Origin: Craspedostauros australis
Taxonomy: Eukaryota
Length of the DNA: 64,000 bases
Assembly: GCA_030167865.1 (NCBI GenBank)
Contig: JALAGF010003286.1
Location: 1 to 64,000, forward strand
Reading direction: 5' to 3'
Part shown: piece after piece, positions 45,499 to 55,423 of the stretch
How positions within the stretch are numbered: the first letter of the stretch is position 1
How the letters are laid out: every line of letters starts with the position of its first letter
The notes under the pieces: model-generated
Seen by the model: only the letters and a program-made list of their open reading frames with translations
Databases searched by the model: none
Told to the model about the DNA's origin: nothing
Translations under genes and position numbers: made by a program

Positions 45499-46582
45499 CG
45501 TGGAATCTGGATTGTGTTGTGGAGGCGTTGTGATGCTCTGTTGCGTTCTGGTTTGGCCGGTTTGAGTTGATTGCTCTCTGGCAACTTGCTCACGCACGAT
45601 CTATTCCACTAGTACTCGAAAATACGAGCTGCTCGTACCCGCAAGACAACTGTCTGTTGTTGGATTGGAAACGTTGTCAGCGCGAAGACGATGCCGGTGG
45701 CAGCAATGATGGCGTGAGTTCTTCATCCAGTCGATGCCATGATGAAGACGCACATCGCGAGCATCTTCCCATTCCTCTGCTGATGCGCAACAGAACAGCA
45801 TCCTGCGCGTCCAAGCGCAAGCCCGAGAGGAAGTCCATGCTGGCCGACTAGCGATAGCAGCAACAGCCGCGTGCCGTTGTTGTGTCTGCGTGTACTTCTC
45901 CCTGATGCACCGCGCCGCCACACAACACCATCGACACTCACATCTTCAACCTCTTGTAATGGAGCTCGGATGGAATTATGGGAGGAAGCGGAACCTGATC
46001 CTGTTGGTGTACGGTCGCATGACAGACGGTGCAGCAGCAAATCCCATGTTCACAGCCTCTGCACAGTCGGAAATAATCATAATTACATCATCACACACAC
46101 AACACATCCCGTATCGTCTCCCGATCATCACAGATCCTCTTTGTTGCGTCTCGCCAAGGAGGAACACGAAGGCAATGACGTCGTGTCATTTTTGTCTTTG
46201 GCGGAAGCGCGCGAATTTGTCGTGCGCGACAGTCTGTGCGAAAGAACAGATGCAATTGGGAACTGTACACCTCAATGCACGGACAGGAAAGAAAAGATAC
46301 GGTTGGTCAGTGCCGATCCTGACGAAAAATGGAACAAAAGGAACCCAACCACAACCACAATGCCACCAATACAAGCAGGTCGTCGTCCGTGACAATCAAG
46401 AATACATTCATGTGGAGAGATGAAGAACCACAGAGCCTGGACCAACCACAAAGACCACGCGACGACTTCGCCATCGATAGGAAGGCGACCACCACAGACA
46501 GCACATTACCTATTACATAATAGATCGAACTCGCACACTGTCAACATACAACTGAATCTGCCACGACGACACCGTTTCCGCG

Positions 46583-48124
46583 ATGGGATCCCAACCAGCA
46601 CCAACCGAAGCGGCGCCGTCCGAAGGAACAGAAGCTGCGACAACGGAGGCGAAGCTCCATGCAGAGCAGCAGAAGCAACAGCGCATCAAGGCCCGATGGG
46701 CGATGCTGCGGAATGCCATCGTTCGCGCTTCGAGAGAGGATGACAGCGTGGACGCCCACGATCGTGGTGATGCAGACGATGCAAACACGGCAGCTCACAG
46801 CATCCACCGATTTCCTGGATACGCACTGTTGCAACGTCAACCCATCAGCACTAGTAGCAGCAGTTGTGGCAACAGTCATCATGAACAATGGAGATCATCG
46901 CTGCAAACCATCCAGTGGGACTCGAGCACGCCAAGCAGCAACAGGGATGCCATGCTCGATGAGATGGAATGTCGCATCTGGGCATTGGACGCGCTCATTC
47001 CTCATTCCAAAACAAATTCCTCCTTTTCTCTGTCGCTGAAGTGCCCCACGGCTTCTGATGGAACCAATGACAATGCACCATTCGTTTCGCAGCAAGACTG
47101 CGACCATCTCCAAGAGCGGCTGAAGCACCAGTTCCACGTCCTCCTCGATCCCTCATCCAACGGCTCCAGCATCCGGGTTGCACGCAATTCCAAAATTCCA
47201 CGAACGAAGCACATGGTATGCAAATACACGCTACCAGCCATGCCCATGGCAAGCAACGGTGATACAAGCAACAGTGCCATCCAGCTATTCACAAGAGAAC
47301 CGCAGCCGCACAAGATTCGACTGTCACTGCAGCAACTCGTCTGCCATCGCCAGCCGCAAAACAATGGCGTTGACAACACCGGCAACATCTGCGTGTGGGA
47401 TTCGGAGCAGACCTTGGCCTACGTCTTGCATCATTCTTCGGATGATCAAGTTGCTTCGTTGTTCGCCACCAATGACAGCAACTCGTCGCCCTTGCGTATC
47501 TTGGAACTCGGAACGGGTATGGCGGGCTTGTCCGGTTGGGCATTGGGGTTGCGGTACTTGCACCACGTACAAACCACCACCAATAGCGATTATCCGCCAT
47601 GCGTTCACCTCACGTTGACTGATGGGCATGCAGATGGCGTTTACAACAACCGCGTCAACCATATGCTGACGCAAAACGCAGCGGCATCTGTCTACCACCA
47701 AATTCATGTCAATATGGCCGTGCTGCTGTGGACCGACGATTGGACATTGTCGGAAGAGAAGGAACAGGACGTCTGCTGCGTATCCGATTGCATCCATTTC
47801 CAACAATTCCACGCGGCGCTCATTTGCACGGTGCTGCGATGCCTCAAGGTCAACGGCGTTGCGTACTTCTGCCAACCGACGCGCGCTGATTCCTTGGACA
47901 ACTTCATGCGCATGCTCGACGTCGCGACGACCCTGCTGCGGTACGCGTGGTGGAATCCCAGCGTGATTCAAGAACGGCACAGCCATCACAGCGAAGCAAG
48001 CGAAGCGTACGATCCTAACTTGCACCATCCCAAAATATTGATCGTCACAAAATGTCGGGAGTTCCGCAAGGAGGACCGTGACCGATTCGTGGAGGTGCAA
48101 CAGCAGCGCAAGATGAACAAGTGA
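46583..48124 (+). CDS. CAMKMT: Calmodulin-lysine N-methyltransferase-like protein (METTL21 family), 513 aa
   Basis: ARWAMLRNAI, SIHRFPGYALL, GVDNTGNICVWDSEQTLAY, ILELGTGMAGLSG, LTDGH and VSDCIHFQQFHAAL. Confidence 0.85.
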   Translation: MGSQPAPTEAAPSEGTEAATTEAKLHAEQQKQQRIKARWAMLRNAIVRASREDDSVDAHDRGDADDANTAAHSIHRFPGYALLQRQPISTSSSSCGNSHHEQWRSSLQTIQWDSSTPSSNRDAMLDEMECRIWALDALIPHSKTNSSFSLSLKCPTASDGTNDNAPFVSQQDCDHLQERLKHQFHVLLDPSSNGSSIRVARNSKIPRTKHMVCKYTLPAMPMASNGDTSNSAIQLFTREPQPHKIRLSLQQLVCHRQPQNNGVDNTGNICVWDSEQTLAYVLHHSSDDQVASLFATNDSNSSPLRILELGTGMAGLSGWALGLRYLHHVQTTTNSDYPPCVHLTLTDGHADGVYNNRVNHMLTQNAAASVYHQIHVNMAVLLWTDDWTLSEEKEQDVCCVSDCIHFQQFHAALICTVLRCLKVNGVAYFCQPTRADSLDNFMRMLDVATTLLRYAWWNPSVIQERHSHHSEASEAYDPNLHHPKILIVTKCREFRKEDRDRFVEVQQQRKMNK

Positions 48125-48266
48125 TGGCACTCGCACTTACTTTCTATCCTACGTTCAGCGCACTGATGGTTGCGCCTACTACTAACAGAGTCATTGCACC
48201 AAACATCCATTGCTCGATACAAAAAGAATCCCGCCATACTCTCTCCCTCCCTCTCTCTCTCCCTCC

Positions 48267-49604
48267 TTAGTAATACGTCTCACCCTTGACTCCGCTATCA
48301 TCCGGTCGATTGATCCACACCGTCAGCGCTCGCCGCGTCTGCTCCCTCGTCGTCACGGGTTCCACCGAATGCAGCAAACACGAATCGAACAACAGCAACC
48401 GCCCGTTGCGCGGCTCCACATCGACATACCGTGCCGGATCCGGCGACCGCACGGGATGATCGCGCCCTTGCGGCCATATCCGCAGCGCCCCGCCCATCGT
48501 GGGTAGATCCCAATCGTCGTTGCAGTACAGAATGCCTGTGACGGCACGGAAGTTGCTGCGCAGGTCTTGCGCTTGCAACGAATTATCGCTGTGCGGTTTG
48601 TAGAATTCTTCGTAACCATATTCGGCGATCTGTATTTCATTGGGAACTGTGTGCGGCGCGGCGGGGGTGGCGGGCGGGATGGGATTGTGTTGAGGTTGCA
48701 CCCAGGCGAATTGCAGATCGTTGAGATAGGATGCAATCGACAGGAGCAGCTCGAACTGATCGGCGATGCCGGCTTGTTGAGATTGTTCGTAGTTGAGGAA
48801 ATGGACCGTGTCGGTGCGCACGGAAGCCCCTTGGTTGGTCTTGTGCTGCAGGAAGGCGGACAACTGTTCGTGCTGCTGCGGTGTGATCCTGTACTTTGGC
48901 AAGTCGATGGTGATGAATCCCTGCGATTTCAATTGCTGCAATATCGTTGACGCATCCACGTAGTTTGCGATGTTGTGAATCTCGGAGTGCTGCCATCGGC
49001 TTGCGTCGTATCCAGGATGCGGTGGCTTGGCATTGCAGTATCCAGCTACGACCGCGCGCAGTTGCTGAAAGTCGATGGCGGCGCTTGGATTCGATTGAAC
49101 AGCGGTACCAGCTGTCACACCGTTGATGGATGCGGTGCAATCGTAGAGCTTGGAACAGATCCAGCCAAAATCCTGCTGATCCAAAACATCTTCCACATGG
49201 AATCTGATGAATGTTCCATCCCTCCTAGTATCATCGTCGCTGCCATTGCTGTTGCCATTGCTGTTGCCATTCGAATGTCCTGACGAAATCAGTTCGAATC
49301 GCACCCGCGCATCATCGCCAAAGATCGGCATGGGGCAGATCCATTCGTTTGCCTCATCGGCAATGACGCAATCCTCCTTCAAGAACTGCGCGTTGGACTG
49401 AACGAACGTGCGCACCAGATCGTTCGCAACGGCATGCGATGATCCTACTGCTGGCGCAACAGCGACCGCTGACTCCTGCGGTGTCGATGATCTTGTGTGC
49501 GGAAACAATGGCAGTTGCACCGATGACGAATACGCGTGCGATTGCCGCACGAGGACAAGCCAAGCGGCAGCCGCAGCTATGCTCTTGGAGTTGGTGAGTC
49601 TCAT
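48267..49604 (-). CDS. 2OG-Fe(II) oxygenase (prolyl-hydroxylase/EGLN-like) with signal peptide, possibly plastid-targeted, 445 aa
   Basis: FYKPHSDN (HxD), RAVTGILYCN, GGALRIWP, EPRNGRLLLFDS, distal His LLHSVEPV and RRALTVW. N-terminus AAAAAWLVLVRQSHA-YSS. Confidence 0.87.
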   Translation of the reverse strand: MRLTNSKSIAAAAAWLVLVRQSHAYSSSVQLPLFPHTRSSTPQESAVAVAPAVGSSHAVANDLVRTFVQSNAQFLKEDCVIADEANEWICPMPIFGDDARVRFELISSGHSNGNSNGNSNGSDDDTRRDGTFIRFHVEDVLDQQDFGWICSKLYDCTASINGVTAGTAVQSNPSAAIDFQQLRAVVAGYCNAKPPHPGYDASRWQHSEIHNIANYVDASTILQQLKSQGFITIDLPKYRITPQQHEQLSAFLQHKTNQGASVRTDTVHFLNYEQSQQAGIADQFELLLSIASYLNDLQFAWVQPQHNPIPPATPAAPHTVPNEIQIAEYGYEEFYKPHSDNSLQAQDLRSNFRAVTGILYCNDDWDLPTMGGALRIWPQGRDHPVRSPDPARYVDVEPRNGRLLLFDSCLLHSVEPVTTREQTRRALTVWINRPDDSGVKGETYY

Positions 49605-50138
49605 CTTGCGAGTATCCGCCCTGCGCTGAGTGAGATTGGGCGTTCACCAACTCGAGAGGTGATGGTGATGGTGATGGTGGGCAGAGTGTGGCAACGAATG
49701 AAACGTTGGTGTTGTTTGTGTGTTGTGGATTTGTTCTTGTATCTTGTTTCGTGACTGGAGCTTGTTCTTCATCCCGGACTGTATGACAGACTGAAGACAT
49801 GATTCTCAAATTGAGTTGGGTATCTTTTTCGTTGGTGATCGTCAGCACAAGAACGGACGAAGGACTGACGGACGCAAAACAGATGACGACACACTTTTTT
49901 GCATCCTGGTTCGTCGTCTCATTCCAAAAGGGAAAGAACAGAAACAAAACGCAAACGCTCTCTTTTGCACATTTTTTGTGAGTATCGTCGAACAATTACC
50001 ACCAACGCCGCTCACGACCATCCATCCTCACAATAACTCGCATCCAACCTTGTTGACGTCACAACAGGGAGGAATCATCAACAACAGCAGCAACAGCAGC
50101 AACAGCAACACAAACAAGAGGATTCTCTCATAAGAATA

Positions 50139-52031
50139 ATGACCACCATGAAGGCATCGCAGCAATCCACTCAGACACCGACGACCGTGTCGCGCGTCGC
50201 ACCGCTGGCATTCGTCATGATGACTTCGGTGACGGCGGGCGGGGTGCAGTATGGCTTTGGCCTGTTCTGCAACGACCTGCGGCTGCTGCACCACCTCACG
50301 CAGGACCAGGCCAACACCATCAGCTCCGCCATCTTCTGCGCCGGCGTCTTCAGCTGGATCCCCGGCGTATTCGTGGATTACTTCGGCATCCGAACGGGTT
50401 TCCTCGCCGCCGCGCTCATGTGCCTCATCTCGGGACTCCAATTCTGGTCGCTCTCGAGGGCAACGTACGATCCCGATCAGAATGCCACGCTCCTCGTGGC
50501 CGAGCTCTGCGTGCTGGGCACCATCATGTTCATGGGCGCGACCATGACGGCCGGCAGCGCCTTCAAGACCGTGGCCTTGCTCAGCGATCGCAAGCAGGAG
50601 GGCAGCATCATCGGCGTTGCGAAGGGCTACACCGGCATCGGTGCTGGGGCCTACACCTGCATCTTTGAGGGCATCCGGCGGCAGCGCAACACCATCGTCA
50701 GCAGCGGCGCGATGGCGTTGACAGCGTTGGATCAGTCCAATTTGGGTTACCTCATCGTTGCCGGCGTCGGGACCTTCATCATGACGTTTCCAGCTCTGTG
50801 GCTCATTCCTTCGCATCAGGTCATGGAAGGACCGATGAATGTCGTTGGGACCATCACATCCGCCCAGACCAACGCCATGTATGTCGGACTCTTCGTTCTG
50901 GCGGTTGGCGTCATTTTGACAAGCTCGCAGTTCGTGCAGGATGATGACAGCAGCGACGCAGACGCAGACTCAAATGCCAATTCCGATGAAATTTCCGTGT
51001 CATCCACCAGTGGTGATGAATTCCTCAACAACTACGGATTCTGCGTCGCGGCGGGCATCTTCCTTCTTTGGGTTGCACCGGCCATCATCTTTGCCACATG
51101 CATGGCGAAAGCAGAACCAGCAACAGTACCAATACCATCGATTGATGATAGCGATGACAGCTTGAGCGAGATCGAAAGCAATACCAAGCAGCAAGCATCG
51201 ACGGAGCGCACGGCGCTGCTCAAAAAGGAATCCACTGCAATCACCGAGGTGGACGAAACGCGATACGATGTTGACGATTACAGCATCGACACGGACGACG
51301 GCCCCAAGAGAGATTTGAACCTCCTGCAGGCGCTGCAAACCCCGGAACTGTGGCTCATGTTCTACAGCGCCATGCTCATCGCTGGCAACGGAACCTTGAT
51401 CACCAACAGCGCCAGCGCCATCGTCGAATCCCGGATGCTGCCCAGCGACCTCACGTCCGTCGCCACCTCCATCTTCAGCGTCGCGCAGTCCGGATCGCGC
51501 GTCTTCACGGGATTCCTCACCGAGGTGGCGGCCACGCACTACAAGCCGAGCAAAGACGACGGCGATCTCGCTTGGTTGGGATGGCACTCGCGTCCGCTCT
51601 TCCTGTCGATGGGAGCGCTCATCGCGGCGGTGGCGCACATCATCCTCGCCATTCCTGGCCTCGGTTCCGCCGGCTTCATCGTCGGCGTGACGTTGTCCGG
51701 CCTCGCCTACGGCACGATCTGGCCGCTGATGGTGCTTGTGGTCGGCGATGTCTTTGGCAAGACCAATCTGGGTGCCATCTACTTGTGGTTCGACGGTTCC
51801 ACCGTGGCGCTTGGCACCCTGCTTATATCCAAGATGCTTTCGCAGTACATCTACGAACAGCATCGTGTGCACCCCGATTCCAGTGGTGCGATAGCCGACG
51901 CCGAGAGCTCAACTTGCTTTGGCGAGGAATGCTTCCAAATGACGCACATTATCACCGCAATATTGTGCCTGACCGCCTTCGTGACACCGTTCGAACTGGC
52001 CAGAAGAACGCACAAGCATTGCACCGACTAA
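50139..52031 (+). CDS. Major facilitator superfamily transporter, nodulin-like/NFD4 type, 630 aa
   Basis: About 12 hydrophobic segments. Motifs YGFGLFCNDLR, GSIIGVAKGYTGIGA, DLNLLQALQTPELWLMF, GLAYGTIWPLMVLVVGDVFG and TCFGEECFQMTHII. Confidence 0.9.
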   Translation: MTTMKASQQSTQTPTTVSRVAPLAFVMMTSVTAGGVQYGFGLFCNDLRLLHHLTQDQANTISSAIFCAGVFSWIPGVFVDYFGIRTGFLAAALMCLISGLQFWSLSRATYDPDQNATLLVAELCVLGTIMFMGATMTAGSAFKTVALLSDRKQEGSIIGVAKGYTGIGAGAYTCIFEGIRRQRNTIVSSGAMALTALDQSNLGYLIVAGVGTFIMTFPALWLIPSHQVMEGPMNVVGTITSAQTNAMYVGLFVLAVGVILTSSQFVQDDDSSDADADSNANSDEISVSSTSGDEFLNNYGFCVAAGIFLLWVAPAIIFATCMAKAEPATVPIPSIDDSDDSLSEIESNTKQQASTERTALLKKESTAITEVDETRYDVDDYSIDTDDGPKRDLNLLQALQTPELWLMFYSAMLIAGNGTLITNSASAIVESRMLPSDLTSVATSIFSVAQSGSRVFTGFLTEVAATHYKPSKDDGDLAWLGWHSRPLFLSMGALIAAVAHIILAIPGLGSAGFIVGVTLSGLAYGTIWPLMVLVVGDVFGKTNLGAIYLWFDGSTVALGTLLISKMLSQYIYEQHRVHPDSSGAIADAESSTCFGEECFQMTHIITAILCLTAFVTPFELARRTHKHCTD

Positions 52032-52345
52032 CCAAACTTGATGATGGCACAAGCAAGAGCGTGTGCATCATTGTATGAGTACTCGGAATACGTATGATAT
52101 GTAGAAATAAACTGTTGTGTAACAGTGTACTATACTGCTTAGATGTGTTTCCAGTAAAACACTTGCTGGAACAGAGCACAGCAAAGCACGAGTACGAGTA
52201 GAGTGCTCCGTACGAGTGTGTACCATTCTGAGCTGTAGCACCCTTGCTCCATGATCCCCTATTTGCGTCGCATCAACTGTGTTGGCGACTTGGTCTCATG
52301 GTTCCCCCATCAGGTTTTCCCCAGCTTACGTGACTGCCAATTCTG

Positions 52346-53884
52346 TCACCGCCTGCTTTCCGACGCCAGCTTTTGGTCGATCGCATGCAGCATGGATTGT
52401 TCAGGATCGTACGATTCCACGCACAAAGCCCCGCAAGGAGGTACCGCTCGTTTCATGGTAACTGAGGCATCGTAGGGATACCCTGCGCCCAGAAGCAACG
52501 TCTCTGTATCTTCCTTCCCGAACGCATTCACAAAGCCTCGGATCCAATTTCTGGCCTCGTCGCCTGCGGGCTTGCCTGGGTTGTCGAGGGCCGCACTGCC
52601 GAGTTTCCGCCATTTCTGTTTACGAGCTGCCACGGTGCCACGCCTGTCGCCGATTCTTTGGAATGCGTCGTACGAGCCGATGTAATGGTTGATGCGGAAG
52701 ATGTCCATGTTGTCGCCCCACGGATGTGGGCACTGATCCATGAGCAACCGATGGGCGGATATCTCGCTTTCCTCAAATCTCAACCGGGACACATCCGCAA
52801 TGGCCTTTCCGATTAGCTTCCTGCCCTCAGTATGGCGAAATCGCAGCGTTTGGAAACGGTAGGGATCCAGAAAGTCCGGGACGCCGCGATGTACATGGTC
52901 ATCGGGGCTTTCGATGGCACCGTACGGGGTGCGCGCCAGCGTGATGCACGGTGTTTCGAATTGACTGTTTCCGTTGGTGATGTTGTGCCGCTGAACCCAC
53001 TTCAAGGTGTCGAGGATGGATCCTGGCTGCAGCATCTTTTCGGATGCATTGGGAACGAGCTGACTGTTGAGGACGATGTGCTCGTCAGGGTCGATGAAGA
53101 TGGTCCAGTCATGCCTTCGCCGTTGCAGGTAGATGGAGCAGCTGCGATAGAACTCTCTTTGGTTGATCTTGTGAATCCTGTGACTTTCGTCTCGACGATC
53201 TTCGGGGTCCTCGATCTCCGGCAGGGTCCGCGAGATGTTCTTGATCTCTTCGAGATCTTTCGTGTAGGTGAAGAATTGAGTCTGGCTGTACCATATGCGG
53301 ATGTCCATGAGGCCCTTCCAACGTCTGACGACCGAACCGAGATCCTGCGTGCTTTTGGGGTCGCGGAATAAGATGAGCGTCCGCAGGGAGAAGGTGTAGT
53401 AATGGTATGCGATCCATTCGACAAGACGTGGCGAGTCGTCCATCCAGATCATGCAAGCGGACGAGGCGTTGGTCCTGGGAATGTCCATGCCGCGCGGCAC
53501 CTGAATGGTGGTGGCTGCACCAACGGCAGCACCTGTCGCTGCAGATGCGTCTGTCTCACTTCCCAGCTCATCGCCATCAAAGGCAGACGCTGGTGGTACT
53601 GCCAACGGGTTGTCGGACACGTCGACCGTCGCGGTGGCACTGTTGTGGTTGCCGTCATCGGAAGCAGCGCTGACTTGAACATCCGAGTACTCCAGCGTTT
53701 GGTGTTGAAGACCGACGTTTCCGTCTGCATCCACATGGAATGTTGCACCGAATGATTGGACTGGCGAACGCAGCAGCGACAGCGTGCTGATGGCCAACGT
53801 GAGAGCAAACATCCCAAACACTCTGTTCATTCTGCTTGTCGATCTGGCATTTGATGTCGGCATCGTCGTCTCTGCTTTCGTCAT
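52346..53884 (-). CDS. Type II membrane glycosyltransferase-like protein (GT-A fold, GT92/GT2-like), 512 aa
   Basis: Signal anchor VFGMFALTLAISTLSLL. Motifs SACMIWMDDSPRLVEWIAYHYY, DxD motif WTIFIDPDE, GKAIAD and RINHYIGS. Confidence 0.75.
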   Translation of the reverse strand: MTKAETTMPTSNARSTSRMNRVFGMFALTLAISTLSLLRSPVQSFGATFHVDADGNVGLQHQTLEYSDVQVSAASDDGNHNSATATVDVSDNPLAVPPASAFDGDELGSETDASAATGAAVGAATTIQVPRGMDIPRTNASSACMIWMDDSPRLVEWIAYHYYTFSLRTLILFRDPKSTQDLGSVVRRWKGLMDIRIWYSQTQFFTYTKDLEEIKNISRTLPEIEDPEDRRDESHRIHKINQREFYRSCSIYLQRRRHDWTIFIDPDEHIVLNSQLVPNASEKMLQPGSILDTLKWVQRHNITNGNSQFETPCITLARTPYGAIESPDDHVHRGVPDFLDPYRFQTLRFRHTEGRKLIGKAIADVSRLRFEESEISAHRLLMDQCPHPWGDNMDIFRINHYIGSYDAFQRIGDRRGTVAARKQKWRKLGSAALDNPGKPAGDEARNWIRGFVNAFGKEDTETLLLGAGYPYDASVTMKRAVPPCGALCVESYDPEQSMLHAIDQKLASESRR

Positions 53885-54857
53885 TGTCGATGTGTCGAAT
53901 GGACTTGCGCAAGTGCCTGTGCTTGGAACAAGCGTCGTGGATTCATGTCATCTGCGTCGATGATGTTATAGTATACTGCAGAGAGTGGACTCGCTGGGAG
54001 ACTGCCGTCGTCTCCTGCCGTTTTTGTGGATGCGGAATCATTGTGATTGCTGTTGTTTCTGCTCTTGTTGCCAGATTGCGTTGTTGTTGTTGTTGTTGTG
54101 GGAGTTAGTGCTTAATTTCCATATATATCAATTTACAATAGCAAACGAGTTCGACACATTCGACCAATTTGAATTGTGTTGTTGTGACATTGCATTGGGT
54201 GTTAATTTAACGTTAACAAGATCATCGCTGAAAACACGTGACGAAACAACGACTACCCGGACTATCGATTTGGGGAGAAAGGCGGGAGGCAAGGGCTGGA
54301 ATAGAGGTTTGCAGATTCGGGCGTCATGGATGGACCATTCTTTCCGTGTTGTCATTCGGAACTTTGGTCATAGTTGAGTCTAATTGTGATCACGACCATC
54401 GCGTTAGCTTAAAAGGCGATACTATAGTTACACAAAAAGGGTTACCACGGGCGACAGGCTGCGAACTCCGACATTTCGGTACGTTCGACTTGAGACAAAT
54501 TGGGAATAAGACCGAAAACCGTCGTTCCGTACCATCCGCACGATGCCGAACTCCAGACAATAATAGCCCAGACATACTCGTTGGACGAAATTGTGCTCCG
54601 ACCAGGTACAGTAAGTAGTGATTGTGTCGGTGATGGAAACAAATGCGCAACTGGAACCAAGGAAAATTCAACCGCGACATACCCAACGCGTACTATTGTA
54701 CGTGTGACGTGACACACCACAAACACGAACAACCGTTTTTGAAACGAGAAGCGTGGTGGCAGCGTCACGCGGTCGTGCCCCATCGCGTTGGTGTCTGTGC
54801 GCTTGTGCGCATGTGAAGAATCATGCACGGGAAAGGCCAAGCCGCCAACATCAACAT

Positions 54858-54912
54858 GATCATCAGCCATCGATCATCAGCCATCGATCATCAGCCATCG
54901 ATCATCAACCAT
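54858..54912. repeat. Tandem repeat of a 14-bp unit, about 4 copies (GATCATCAGCCATC)
   Basis: Units at 54858, 54872 and 54886, plus a variant at 54900. Confidence 0.85.
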
Positions 54913-55423
54913 AGACCATCACCATCTGCATCCAACCAATCGACAGCAGACCACCCTGTTGCCTCGGAATCGTTTTGCCATCTTTCGATGGCAGCGTAGA
55001 AGCTGAAAGCGCCCTCCTCAACACAAACACACACACGCTCCGACTGCCCATCCCAACAAGAGGAAGGACTAAAGTTCCCACACGGTGGTCTCATCGTTCT
55101 TCTTCCTGTCGTGTTGCGCAGCGTGCGTTACCCACATGCATCGTGTGCAACCGTGCGATACATACAAGCCGACGCGCGTGGAAAATCAAATAAGCCGAAA
55201 ACCCAAAGAGAGCAAAGACTTTGCGGCTTTTATCAATCGTGGCGGGCGCAGCAGCAGTTTCTATTCGTGTGACAGTCGTGAAGAAACACAGCGCACCAGA
55301 AGCAATTCCGCGGCGGAACGCGGTAGCCCTCGTCCGCGCTGGAGCAAGACACACAATCCCGCCAACCGGCAAGACGAAAGCAAGAAAGGGCGTGATAACG
55401 GCGTTGTCAAGCACGAGCGCAAC

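Noticed and set aside
18205-48124. Apparent cluster of SAM-using enzymes (RMT2, AdoMetDC fusion, CaM-KMT)
   Set aside because: They are spread over 30 kb among unrelated genes and belong to different pathways; most likely coincidence.
33108-54912. Short direct repeats at 33108 and 54858 as CRISPR-like arrays
   Set aside because: They are head-to-tail repeats without spacers, in a eukaryotic context with no cas genes.
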